A DNA stretch of 64,000 bases from a virus: IMG/VR virus record IMGVR_UViG_3300025834_000005; one strand, 5' to 3'. Position numbers and translations under genes: made by a program. How positions within the stretch are numbered: position 1 is the first letter of the stretch; the number at the start of each line of letters is the position of its first letter. Positions 14,514 through 24,091 of this stretch are shown one piece after another. A model generated the notes under the pieces. That model ran no database searches. It saw only the letters and a program-made list of their open reading frames with translations, and was not told where the DNA came from.

Positions 14514-17500
14514 TTAAAATGAATCCACATCAATCACATCAGTATCATCAGGTCGAGCATCAGCCTCTATGCCCTCAATAAAGGTGTCAAGCATTGATAA
14601 ACCTTCGTCACCATAAGCTACAACAAACTCCTCAAGTTTCTTAAACTCTAAACTGAACTGCTTCTTAAATTTAGCATAATATCGAACTCTTTTATTGTTC
14701 TTATTCTCTATAAATAATTCCTTATCAGTTTTCTCACTTATTGAAGCCTTTAAATTCTTTAACTTATCTTCGACTGATTTACGCTTCTCTTCGATCATCA
14801 ATTCGGTTTCTGATTTAGGAACGTCCTTAACCTCTTTAACCATTTTTATATAAGAACCGTTATGAAATCCTACCCAATACTGTAAGTTATTCTTTATTAG
14901 TATGTAATCGCCTTTAACATGTTTTTCGTTAATAGATTTAATCAAAGGCTTCCCAGCATCAATCATTTTCTGATTAACAAATTTCAATGCACTCTCATAA
15001 ACATCAAAGTATACCATATTTTCAGGAGTAACATGAAAGCCATCCCAAATCAATCGTGGGTCATAGCCAGTTTTATTCCAGAATATTGCCTCACGATCTT
15101 CAAGCTGTAACGATTCTTCGATACTATCCAAAGGATAACTATCGAGAGTTAACTCATGATCCATGAATACATTCTTTTTCAATTCCTCAATAACAACACT
15201 TTTACCAAATGTGTCTTTGGTTTTTTTCTTAACGATCTTCGCAAGAATCTGTCCAGATATTTCGGGATTAAATCCAGCTAACAGGATAGCAACCCTTTTA
15301 TTAAAAGCGGCTAAGTATTTCTGAACGTTATAGTCACCTGTCATATTAGGATTCATCGCTAAATCAGATGCATGTATAAGCTTTGAGTATAACTCACCAG
15401 TCTTTTCATCCCTACCCGAACTACTATCAGCAACCTTTTTGCCTGTATTAATCTGATAGACAACGCTATCAATCTCAGGCTCTGGTGGCATATAATTAGA
15501 TATTAACTTCATTTTCTGTTCGATTGACCAGCCTTTAGCAGAATTATCGAGATTTAACTCGTCAAAATGCTCATTAAAAAGTTCAGAGGCAATATGGTTA
15601 CGTTCCTCAATTAAGAGTTCCATATGAGCTTGTTTAGGCTTTTTAGAACCATTTTTAGTATTACCTCTATTAATGTACTGGTCTAATTTAACCTTAACCT
15701 TATTCTTACTCGCAATCTTTTTCATTGGGATTTGTTGATAATATAATTGATCAACATAATCATAATAGTAGTTTACAAAATCAACACCCCTACCGTGAAG
15801 AACCATATCAAGTCCTTTATCTATGAATTCCTCAATATACTCGGACATTACCTTTGATTTAATAGTAACGCCGACCATCTTGATTTTCTCCTTCATCTTA
15901 CCAGATTTCTTATCCTTTGATTCGGACATGATGGCATAGTTATTTCTCGATAAATTCAAGCATGATATAAATTCACCATCATTATCAACACTGATATAAC
16001 TTTGTTTTTCACGAATTTTTGCAGCAATTTGTTCCTGATCATTATATTTATCGATCAAGGCAGTGATACCAGTTTTACCCTTGAATTTCCATGCTTCCTC
16101 AATAGGAATAGGAACTTCAACCATATAATCCAAAACATCAACATTATCGCCGATAATTATATTAGTGGTATCAGGTATTTGAAAGTTCACACCGTCAGTA
16201 ATAGCTAACAAAGGAACGCACTTATAATCACTAAACCACGCAATAGCATGTCTAAGATGAAGCCTACCAGTACATGTGATACGTGCAGCACAGATATTAT
16301 CTGACCAGTTAAATGATACACCTGAACCTAAAGCACCGAATAATGAGTTATTTAAAATCTTGATAGGTAATTGCTTAATCTTAAACATTTTTCTATCCTC
16401 AGTCGTAAGAGTCTGATTAGTATACTTATGATAAGTATCATGGTCGATCTGACTTAAGATATATACCTCTTCTTCGTTAATTTCATCACTATTCGCCAGT
16501 TTTTTATAGATATTTCTGGTTGTAGTTAAATAAAATAGCATCTTTTTAATAACGCCAGTAATGTCAAAGATCGGAAAGATATCATCGGTTAACTGAATCA
16601 TAGGATACAGTGAAGCGTAGTCAATTTTCACCCATCTTCTGGTAAAACCAGTTCTAAAACACCTTGAAAGTCCGCCTGAAAACCCTTCCTTCTTTTCAGA
16701 ATATGGTATAGCAACACCATTATCATAACTCCATGCTGTCAACAGTAAGTTCCAGATTGATGCAGTTCCCATAGTACAAACACGCTGATATGTGGTTGGC
16801 ACAATTTTAGCAAGCATGAACGATGATTGATTATACAATTCATCGACTTGTTCGGTTTCCCATAAGTCATCAAGAAGATACTGCTTGATAATACTCTGAC
16901 CATCAATAAGCTTAAACATCTTACGAGGAATAGCCTCAGCTTTAAGCCATACTACGAATTCTTTATTATCAGCAAACAGCTTCTTTTTAGCGTCATTATA
17001 TTGATCATCGGTATAATTACCCCTATTAAGCTGTAAACTATATAATTCGCCTCCAACTTCCTGTAATTCAGCTGGAATTTCAATATAAGCATTATTATCA
17101 TCAATGAAAAAAAGTTTATTATCGTAATAAAAATCAGATATAACATCACCCTCAACATACATTCTATTCGCTTTAGCAATGCCCTCATGTTTTGATATAT
17201 ATTTCAGCTTTGTGTTCTTAATTTCAGTATTAACAGCCGCTGTCCTTTTTGCCGCATGCATAATATCGATAATCGAATAACCCCACATTTCAGTAGCAAC
17301 ATATTTATCAGATACGTTACCGTATTTTACTGAGACATTAGGTCTTCTTTTGATAGGCGTACTACGTTTATCAACAGCCATTGGGATTCCAGATAAATCC
17401 ATGTTTAATATCTCGGCTCTTCCTAATATAAAGTCAAAGTCAAAGTTTTCAGAATTATAGCCACATATAACAGCTGGCTGTAGATACATTAAAAGGTTGA

Positions 17501-18203
17501 AAAAATCCTGAATAAGGTTTCGCTCTTCTTGGTCATCATCCTTTTTCTTAGCTTCAAGAATGATCTCAAAGCCACGATTATCACGAACACCGATAGCGAA
17601 CATTCGTTTCAACTGATATTTTAAACCAGTTGTCTCGATATCGAAGACTACTTTATGAACGTCCTTATATTCCTCAAATCCTTTGAATAGTCTTGATTTT
17701 GTGGACATAAAAAACTGTTCGGTAGTTCTCGGAGAAAAGAAAAGATCACGGTATAAGTAAACTGGTTCATCCCTCTCATCTTTAATAACCCTACCACGCT
17801 CATCTTTCAATTTTTCATATGGATTAACATTCGCATCCTTTAAGAAATTAACAATTGAGTTGTATGACTTGTTACTCGTAAGCTTATAGCAATAGCCATC
17901 AATTAGTCGTCGCTGATTACCTGTCTCAAGTTTAGTGATCTCAACGCCATATTGAGCCAGCTTATTCTCAAGCAAATCAGGCATTTGGCTAAATAAATTA
18001 ACACCATTTTTCTCCAAATCCTTACAAAACATAAACGGTTGGTATTGTATTTTCGCAATCCTCGGTTTTGTGTTCGGCTCATGTATTACACATTCAGCGT
18101 AGTTGAAATTAGGGTTTGTCTCAACGTTTACAATATATTTTAAATCGTCATTATAGCCCTCAAGAAAGCCTTTTATCTCGCTTAAAACAGCTGCTTTATC
18201 CAT
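14514..18203 (-). CDS. DNA polymerase, family B
   Basis: 1229 aa. Exo I VFDIETTG; Exo II YNSENFDFDF; Pol motif A DYASLYPM; motif B KILNNSLFGALG; an apparent motif C variant LLAITDGVNF. There is a long C-terminal extension of about 300 aa. Confidence 0.9.
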   Translation of the reverse strand: MDKAAVLSEIKGFLEGYNDDLKYIVNVETNPNFNYAECVIHEPNTKPRIAKIQYQPFMFCKDLEKNGVNLFSQMPDLLENKLAQYGVEITKLETGNQRRLIDGYCYKLTSNKSYNSIVNFLKDANVNPYEKLKDERGRVIKDERDEPVYLYRDLFFSPRTTEQFFMSTKSRLFKGFEEYKDVHKVVFDIETTGLKYQLKRMFAIGVRDNRGFEIILEAKKKDDDQEERNLIQDFFNLLMYLQPAVICGYNSENFDFDFILGRAEILNMDLSGIPMAVDKRSTPIKRRPNVSVKYGNVSDKYVATEMWGYSIIDIMHAAKRTAAVNTEIKNTKLKYISKHEGIAKANRMYVEGDVISDFYYDNKLFFIDDNNAYIEIPAELQEVGGELYSLQLNRGNYTDDQYNDAKKKLFADNKEFVVWLKAEAIPRKMFKLIDGQSIIKQYLLDDLWETEQVDELYNQSSFMLAKIVPTTYQRVCTMGTASIWNLLLTAWSYDNGVAIPYSEKKEGFSGGLSRCFRTGFTRRWVKIDYASLYPMIQLTDDIFPIFDITGVIKKMLFYLTTTRNIYKKLANSDEINEEEVYILSQIDHDTYHKYTNQTLTTEDRKMFKIKQLPIKILNNSLFGALGSGVSFNWSDNICAARITCTGRLHLRHAIAWFSDYKCVPLLAITDGVNFQIPDTTNIIIGDNVDVLDYMVEVPIPIEEAWKFKGKTGITALIDKYNDQEQIAAKIREKQSYISVDNDGEFISCLNLSRNNYAIMSESKDKKSGKMKEKIKMVGVTIKSKVMSEYIEEFIDKGLDMVLHGRGVDFVNYYYDYVDQLYYQQIPMKKIASKNKVKVKLDQYINRGNTKNGSKKPKQAHMELLIEERNHIASELFNEHFDELNLDNSAKGWSIEQKMKLISNYMPPEPEIDSVVYQINTGKKVADSSSGRDEKTGELYSKLIHASDLAMNPNMTGDYNVQKYLAAFNKRVAILLAGFNPEISGQILAKIVKKKTKDTFGKSVVIEELKKNVFMDHELTLDSYPLDSIEESLQLEDREAIFWNKTGYDPRLIWDGFHVTPENMVYFDVYESALKFVNQKMIDAGKPLIKSINEKHVKGDYILIKNNLQYWVGFHNGSYIKMVKEVKDVPKSETELMIEEKRKSVEDKLKNLKASISEKTDKELFIENKNNKRVRYYAKFKKQFSLEFKKLEEFVVAYGDEGLSMLDTFIEGIEADARPDDTDVIDVDSF

Positions 18204-18240
18204 TTATTCTTTTATTAGTTAATTTTACACTTATCATCGC

Positions 18241-20031
18241 TCACAAATATTTATTTTTAATTCTATTAATAACATCGCTAAAAACCGATTCGGTTGCCTT
18301 GGATTCATATATCTCATTATCCATAACAATCGTTATCTCCCTTCTCTTACCCTCAATAGCGTCATAAACATATTCATCAATACTATCACGAACAATCGTT
18401 GGGTATATATTGACAACGTCTTTTTGACCAATTCTGTGACATCTATCGGCAACCTGATCATACTCGCCCACAGAATAGGGAAGAGACATTATAATCATTT
18501 TACTCGCTGCTGTGAGTGTTAATCCATAATTAGCTGTTTGTATTGTAGCTAAAAATATTTTTATATCACTCTGAGGGTCTTGAAATTGCTTTTTAAATTC
18601 CTCTCTTTCCTCTACAGTTTGATCACCTGTGTGCAGCACTGCAATATTACCATAAATTTTCTTAAACTCATGCAAACTTTCCTTAAAATAATCAACAATA
18701 ATTACCTTCTCGCCTGTTTCAAGTATAGAGTCGACAATTTCTGTGACAGATTTAATCTTAAAGCCAGCTGTTAATTGTCTAAGCCTAAGCATTGTAGTTA
18801 GGTGATTTTTTGCTGGGTTTGCGAAAATTTCGGTTGCGACATTTTTTTCAACATCCTCATAAATTTTCATTTCAGCATCACTAAGCTCGAATATCGTCTT
18901 CTGATAAATCTTATCGGGTAAGTCTTTTAATACCTCTGATTTTCGTTTCCTATGAGTGTACGGTGAAATTTTATAATATAATTCTTCAAGTCTTTTTTCT
19001 CCATCGGTATCAGTTTTCCATCCGAAACCGCCGATCTCATATGTCATCCCACAATAATACTCATAGAAATGCTTCTTAGTAGCAAAATCGAGAGGAGATA
19101 TTTGATTTAAAACGGAATACAACTCATATGCCCTGTTTGGTGCTGGAGTACCAGATAAATAAATCTTACTCGGTTTATTATCTGTAAAGATTTTTTCATT
19201 AAAAATCCTCTTATAATTCTGGTACGTGTTTGTATCTGTGTTTTTAAGCTTCTGGCATTCGTCGCATATCACAGCATTAATACTACCTATTTTTAATTTC
19301 TCCCACTTATGTAACATCTTTGTTTTATCACTTGGGTTGAAGAAATCATAATTAGTAATTATATATTTTGCCTCATCTATCGTACATGTGTTTCTCTTCC
19401 AATTAACAATATATGCTTTACTATTAGTAAAGTTCGTAACCTCATTATAGTAATTGAATTTAAGTGAGTTTGGAGTTACAACGATTACCTTTTTAAACTT
19501 ATTCATTTCAACGTAAAGTATTGAGCTTAATGTCTTACCTAAACCCATTTCATGCGAAATTAAAGCACTTCTCGTTTCATTCATAAACATAGCAGCGATG
19601 ATCTGATGTGGATACAGCTTAATAGGTATTTTTATCAATGCATGCATTTGCTCCGAATAATTCACATAAGTTGTCTCAAGCTCAATTTTAAACTTATCCC
19701 ATATGATTTTTTTAGCCTCAAGATCAGCAATAAGACTCAATTTATCAACCTCAATCTTCTCATGTTTCTTATACATATCGATGAAAACCTTACGGCTGTC
19801 CATAGAACCAAAATCGAAATGAATATACTCAGAACCTTTAAAACCTTTTATTAATGTGATTAGTCCGTCAACACTTACGTCCCAACATACTTTAGCTGGA
19901 TTCCATTTACGATCACTCGCATCAAGTTCTTTAATTTTATCTTTCAACTCCTCATTGTACATGAATTTAACGTAATACCATGATCTTCTGGGTATACGTT
20001 CGCAAAATACAATTAATTTAAAATCTGACAT
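18241..20031 (-). CDS. SNF2-family helicase/translocase
   Basis: Motif I HEMGLGKT, motif II DECQKLKN, motif V QTANYGLTLT, motif VI DRCHRIGQ. I place the start at M19 of the track ORF (MSDFKLIV..., ATG at 20031), because the 54-nt N-terminal extension reads through a TAnnTTTG promoter box (20055-20062). Confidence 0.85.
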   Translation of the reverse strand: MSDFKLIVFCERIPRRSWYYVKFMYNEELKDKIKELDASDRKWNPAKVCWDVSVDGLITLIKGFKGSEYIHFDFGSMDSRKVFIDMYKKHEKIEVDKLSLIADLEAKKIIWDKFKIELETTYVNYSEQMHALIKIPIKLYPHQIIAAMFMNETRSALISHEMGLGKTLSSILYVEMNKFKKVIVVTPNSLKFNYYNEVTNFTNSKAYIVNWKRNTCTIDEAKYIITNYDFFNPSDKTKMLHKWEKLKIGSINAVICDECQKLKNTDTNTYQNYKRIFNEKIFTDNKPSKIYLSGTPAPNRAYELYSVLNQISPLDFATKKHFYEYYCGMTYEIGGFGWKTDTDGEKRLEELYYKISPYTHRKRKSEVLKDLPDKIYQKTIFELSDAEMKIYEDVEKNVATEIFANPAKNHLTTMLRLRQLTAGFKIKSVTEIVDSILETGEKVIIVDYFKESLHEFKKIYGNIAVLHTGDQTVEEREEFKKQFQDPQSDIKIFLATIQTANYGLTLTAASKMIIMSLPYSVGEYDQVADRCHRIGQKDVVNIYPTIVRDSIDEYVYDAIEGKRREITIVMDNEIYESKATESVFSDVINRIKNKYL

Positions 20032-20054
20032 GAATGTGTGAATATGTGTGGGTA

Positions 20055-20062
20055 CAAAAGTA
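20055..20062 (-). promoter_or_regulatory. Host-type Bacteroidota -7 promoter box (TACTTTTG)
   Basis: Same 12-mer TATACTTTTGTA as at 2740-2751 and 23000-23011. It lies 23 nt upstream of the SNF2 ATG (20031) and directly after a terminator. Confidence 0.5.
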
Positions 20063-20069
20063 TACAAAA

Positions 20070-20098
20070 AAAACGTAAACCACAACAGTTTACGTTTT
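20070..20098 (-). terminator. Intrinsic terminator (hairpin + T8)
   Basis: The minus strand reads AACGTAAAC-tgttgtg-GTTTACGTT followed by TTTTTTT. It lies after the stop of 20119-20508. Confidence 0.65.
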
Positions 20099-20118
20099 TC
20101 ATTGTCAAATATATTTTA

Positions 20119-20508
20119 TTAAATCACAGTTGTCTTTGTGATGGAATCAAAAACAGTAATTTTAATAACACCGCTATTCGGAATAGATATTTTCATAGGA
20201 AAATCCACGTTTAAAAAATCTAATTTAAACTCTCCGATAAAATTTCCTGTTTTAGCTGTATCATCCAAAGTAAAATTATACTCAATCGAATACTTTGGAA
20301 CAGCCAGATAATCATTATCATTTCGAAATTTAATACAGCCACTAACATTTGCTATTGCAAATTCATCAGTATCCTCATCATACATTGAGAATGTGACAGC
20401 TGCATTATTTATGTCATCATCAGAAATGCCATATTTATCTAAAAATTCCTGATCTACGGCGTACTTTAAGGTCGGAAGAGTACTATCCTTTTTTATAAAA
20501 AAATTCAT
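20119..20508 (-). CDS. Hypothetical beta-rich protein, BppU_N/Ig-like pattern (probable virion protein)
   Basis: I place the start at M10 of the track ORF (MNFFIKKD..., ATG at 20508), because the GTATTTATAT motif (20524-20533) lies inside the longer ORF. The pattern ...AAVTFSMYDEDTDEFAIANVSG...TGNFIGEFKLDF resembles phage BppU N-terminal Ig-like domains. Confidence 0.45.
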   Translation of the reverse strand: MNFFIKKDSTLPTLKYAVDQEFLDKYGISDDDINNAAVTFSMYDEDTDEFAIANVSGCIKFRNDNDYLAVPKYSIEYNFTLDDTAKTGNFIGEFKLDFLNVDFPMKISIPNSGVIKITVFDSITKTTVI

Positions 20509-20523
20509 AATATAAGTTCTTTT

Positions 20524-20533
20524 ATATAAATAC
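20524..20533 (-). promoter_or_regulatory. Phage-specific (late-type) promoter motif GTATTTATAT
   Basis: Exact 10-mer, 15 nt upstream of the ATG at 20508. Confidence 0.55.
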
Positions 20534-20538
20534 AAACA

Positions 20539-22326
20539 TTATACGTTTTTAGGGTCTATACCGCCTTTTATTACATTCTGTGTTTGTCTCGATTGCATCA
20601 AAAAAGCGTTTACATCGTCTTTTGTATTCTCAGACATATGCTTATCATTAAGATTAATAGTCTCTTGCTTTATTTCAGGTATCTCGACACTATTTACATT
20701 AATTTCAATCGTTGTGCTTATTCTTGCAGCGATCTCACTTGTAATACTTCGATCAGGCGGAATCTTATCATCCACAGGATCTGCTTCGATAAACGTTAAA
20801 CCCTCTTCTGGTATAGGTGTCACAACTAAAGGCTTTGGACTGTCGAGAACATTTGTGAGACCGTCATGTTCAAAATCATGTTCCATTTCAGTACCTGTTT
20901 TATTTTTAAAACTCTCAAACTTGTCATTTGTGGCATCAATTTTACTCTCTGTCAGTTTTAAACTTCTACTATATTTGTACATATAGTCTTCATCATTAAT
21001 AACAATATTCATTTTATCGTTATCAAAGATACAATCTTTAAATGTTTGACCATCCTTTGCGAATCTCGCCTTGATAATTCGAATGTTAGCCAAATTAGCA
21101 TCTTTAGATGCTGGTGGCTTAGCTACCGACATGAAAAAGTGTGCTTTCTGTAAACGTTTAATACTTCCGCCAGCTTGACTTGCTTCAACAAACTCGCTAT
21201 CTAAGCCAGCACGTGAACTCTGAATAGCAGACCACGCAGGTATATCTAAGTCAGCAGCAAGTGCTAAAAAAGATTTAACAATTTGCAACTCAGCTTCCGT
21301 TCTATCAGCAGATTTTTTATTAGGTTCAAGACAATCTAAATAGTCTAATACTAATAAGTCGAATTTTATGCCAGTTTTTTTCTCGTAACGTGTGATGAAA
21401 TTTTTCACGTCGTTCATAGTGGTATTTTCCTGACTCATTCGTTTTATAACGATTTTACCGCCAGTCTTTTTTGACACATATTCATAACACTTCTGTCGAA
21501 CCTCAACATTTCTATCATCCATTTCGCTCAATCCGATCTTAGACCATATAGCATAATGTTTTCTCTTTATCTGTGCCTCTGTATCCTCAAAAATAATTTG
21601 TAATACGTTTTTATCGACATCATATCCAGTATTTGCAATCTTCGTAAGCAAAGTACTCTTACCAACACCCGATGGTGTTAAAATTAAGCCTATTTCGCCC
21701 TTACCAAGTCCGCCACCAGTCAAAGCATCCAATACAACAACACCTGTTGGAATTACCTCTCTAAACTCTTTGCTTAGTACGTCATCTATATCTTCAAGAA
21801 CTTCAGTTCCATAATCCTCAACGTCGCCGATTTCAGATATTAAACGTATTTTCTCCTCAATAGCCGCTAATGTTTCCTTTTTACGGATTTCGCCATTTTT
21901 GGTTTTGTCGAGAATGAACTCACCGAGTTTCCTATATTCCTGTTGTTTAATGAAAAATGTGGTCTCTAATTGGATGGCTTCTCCATTGTGATCTATATCA
22001 CGGTTTAGAACTCTATCATTCCAATTTTGAATTCTTTTAATATTGGCGAATAATAACTCCTCTTCGATTAGATTGTTAGGAGTTTTAAACTTATTTATAG
22101 CAAATATTATACTATCATTTTGAAGATTTGGTGCTTTGGCGAACTCATTATAATAGTTAGTCATTATAATGAATAATCGCTTCATAGTGGGATCATCAAA
22201 ATACATTGCACTTAATCTTGGGAGTGTTCTGATGGCAAATTCAGGTTCTACCATTAATTGCCACATTAAATGCTGTTGAAATTCAGGCCCTAAGTATTTC
22301 GTCAGGGTATTTTCAATTTGTTCCAT
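20539..22326 (-). CDS. DnaB-like replicative DNA helicase
   Basis: 595 aa. Walker A LILTPSGVGKSTLL; Walker B LLVLDYLD; RecA-fold C-terminal domain preceded by a DnaB-N-like helical region. Long acidic/low-complexity C-terminal tail. Confidence 0.75.
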   Translation of the reverse strand: MEQIENTLTKYLGPEFQQHLMWQLMVEPEFAIRTLPRLSAMYFDDPTMKRLFIIMTNYYNEFAKAPNLQNDSIIFAINKFKTPNNLIEEELLFANIKRIQNWNDRVLNRDIDHNGEAIQLETTFFIKQQEYRKLGEFILDKTKNGEIRKKETLAAIEEKIRLISEIGDVEDYGTEVLEDIDDVLSKEFREVIPTGVVVLDALTGGGLGKGEIGLILTPSGVGKSTLLTKIANTGYDVDKNVLQIIFEDTEAQIKRKHYAIWSKIGLSEMDDRNVEVRQKCYEYVSKKTGGKIVIKRMSQENTTMNDVKNFITRYEKKTGIKFDLLVLDYLDCLEPNKKSADRTEAELQIVKSFLALAADLDIPAWSAIQSSRAGLDSEFVEASQAGGSIKRLQKAHFFMSVAKPPASKDANLANIRIIKARFAKDGQTFKDCIFDNDKMNIVINDEDYMYKYSRSLKLTESKIDATNDKFESFKNKTGTEMEHDFEHDGLTNVLDSPKPLVVTPIPEEGLTFIEADPVDDKIPPDRSITSEIAARISTTIEINVNSVEIPEIKQETINLNDKHMSENTKDDVNAFLMQSRQTQNVIKGGIDPKNV

Positions 22327-22353
22327 TATAAGTTATTGTGAAAGTAATATGTT

Positions 22354-22394
22354 ATAAAAAATCTGGCAACCGCTTATTGAATAAACAATTGCCA
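22354..22394 (-). terminator. Intrinsic terminator (hairpin + T6)
   Basis: The minus strand reads TCTGGCAA-(19-nt loop)-TTGCCAGA followed by TTTTTT. It lies after the stop of 22425-22973. Confidence 0.5.
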
Positions 22395-22424
22395 GAATTT
22401 TATATGTTTATGACCTTCTGTTAA

Positions 22425-22973
22425 TTAAATTGAGGCGTATTCCATTGCCTCGAAATTTTCCGAAATAAATACCATATCACATTTTTTTATATGATTGTAA
22501 ATTTCGTTTGTGACCGTTTTAACAGCATCTACGATATCAGTAGAATACCTACAGGTCGGGTTAAAACCATTAACATAAAATGTTCTTTCTACAATTGTTT
22601 TACCGTTTACATAAAAACCGATAGAACATGGCACACCTTTAATAGTTTTACCTTCAATCTGATAGGTTACTATAGAAGGATCATAGATAAGATCATTACG
22701 AATATCATCCTCATAAGAGTCAATTATGTCATTAGCATAATTGAAAAGATCATAATGTTTTTCTTCGCCAGTATATGCAAAAGTTTCATAATATCTTTTC
22801 GATAAAGCTTTTTGGAAAAGACCAATAGCTTTAGGTAGAATGTGACGAATGTTAATCGGATATCTAACCTCTGGTGAAAAGTCCGAAGCATCAATCATTT
22901 TTTCGCAAAGTAATATGTCACCCTGAAAAAGTGAAAACTTAAAAATCTTACTAAACTCGTTATCGTTACTCAT
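22425..22973 (-). CDS. Hypothetical early protein (monocistronic unit)
   Basis: 182-aa ORF bracketed by a host-type promoter box (23002-23009) and a hairpin plus T-run terminator (22354-22394). Confidence 0.5.
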   Translation of the reverse strand: MSNDNEFSKIFKFSLFQGDILLCEKMIDASDFSPEVRYPINIRHILPKAIGLFQKALSKRYYETFAYTGEEKHYDLFNYANDIIDSYEDDIRNDLIYDPSIVTYQIEGKTIKGVPCSIGFYVNGKTIVERTFYVNGFNPTCRYSTDIVDAVKTVTNEIYNHIKKCDMVFISENFEAMEYASI

Positions 22974-23001
22974 TATTTATATATTTAGAATTATTACGCT
23001 A

Positions 23002-23009
23002 CAAAAGTA
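23002..23009 (-). promoter_or_regulatory. Host-type Bacteroidota -7 promoter box (TACTTTTG)
   Basis: 12-mer TATACTTTTGTA, 28 nt upstream of the ATG at 22973. TTTC sits at the -33 position. Confidence 0.5.
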
Positions 23010-23038
23010 TACAAAAGAAATTAGAAATGAAAGTCTTT

Positions 23039-24091
23039 TTACTTTTTTCTTTGAGAATTTGTATAATTAGTTAAAAGTTGCTTCTCAAACATAACAACTG
23101 TATAAAAAGGCTCAAGATAATTAACAAAATTTCCGCCTGTGAATATCGTTAAAAAACCATCTTCTATCATCAACTTATACAGGTTCTTACTACCTCTATT
23201 AACAGGTGATAAGGGCATATCTAATTGAGCCAACTCTTCCTTTGCTTGATCGTTTAGAAATGGCTCAGATAGATTCGTAAGCAAATAATTAAGTTTAAGT
23301 CTATCAATGTTATTCAACAGATTCTCAAATATTTTTAAAGGCTTCTGCTTATTGATGATACGTTCTTCGTTAATCACTTTAGCACGTTGGCATATCTCAC
23401 GAACCGTTAATTTTCTGAATTTAATATCTGGAAAATGTTTTATTAATGCACCTTCTTTAATCCCTGCAATCCCTTGAATATTATCGGCAACATCGCCACC
23501 AATGATTTTCATAATCAAGCCATTAGAATAATGGTAATCAAAATCATAATGAAAATTAAGTTTAGTTGTCGGGTGAGGTAGATTCCCGAAAATGATAGTT
23601 ATATTATACTCAAGCAATTGGACAAAATCCCTATCATTTGTGAATAAGAATATTATCTCTTTTTTCGAGTTATACATACAATATGCTGCAATTAAATCAT
23701 CAGCCTCAATTTCATCAACCTCAATTTGACGTATAAATAGTTCCTCAATGTATTGTTGAATACGCTTTTTATTTTTTAAGATTGATTCGTCCTTAGCTTG
23801 TTCTCGTTTTATTTCAGCATCAGTTAACTCTATTTTTGTGTGCCACGATTTATCCTTACGATTAGCCTTATAAGCTCTATCGAGTCTATAACGATCAATA
23901 CCGCCGTTTTCACCGTCCCAACATACAACAACTTTATTTATCTGATGTTCTTTTATTAGCTTTCGAATTGTTGTTAGAAAACCATATAAACCACCAATTG
24001 ATCCAAAAGACGCTGTGTAAGCGTCTTTTGCACCAAAGTATGATCTTTTTAGAAGATAATTACCATCAACCAATAAAGTTCTAATTTCCAT
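23039..24091 (-). CDS. 5'-3' exonuclease / flap endonuclease (RNase H-like, FEN family)
   Basis: LLVDGNYLLKRSYFG, VVVCWDGENGGIDRYRLDRAYKANRK, EADDLIAAY and NDRDFVQLL match the 53EXO/PIN-like motifs of the phage T4 rnh / T5 D15 family. Confidence 0.85.
   Translation of the reverse strand: MEIRTLLVDGNYLLKRSYFGAKDAYTASFGSIGGLYGFLTTIRKLIKEHQINKVVVCWDGENGGIDRYRLDRAYKANRKDKSWHTKIELTDAEIKREQAKDESILKNKKRIQQYIEELFIRQIEVDEIEADDLIAAYCMYNSKKEIIFLFTNDRDFVQLLEYNITIIFGNLPHPTTKLNFHYDFDYHYSNGLIMKIIGGDVADNIQGIAGIKEGALIKHFPDIKFRKLTVREICQRAKVINEERIINKQKPLKIFENLLNNIDRLKLNYLLTNLSEPFLNDQAKEELAQLDMPLSPVNRGSKNLYKLMIEDGFLTIFTGGNFVNYLEPFYTVVMFEKQLLTNYTNSQRKK

Noticed and set aside
14514-18203. Possible intein or homing-endonuclease insertion to explain the large size of the DNA polymerase
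   Set aside because: The polymerase motifs are contiguous and in the normal order. I saw no Cys/Ser-...-His-Asn-Cys/Ser/Thr splice-junction pattern and no LAGLIDADG, HNH or GIY-YIG motifs. The extra length is at the C-terminus.
20032-20085. N-terminal extension MWFTFFLYTFVPTHIHTF of the SNF2 ORF
   Set aside because: The extension covers the promoter 12-mer TATACTTTTGTA and part of the upstream terminator's T-run. The helicase-like sequence begins at the internal ATG (20031).
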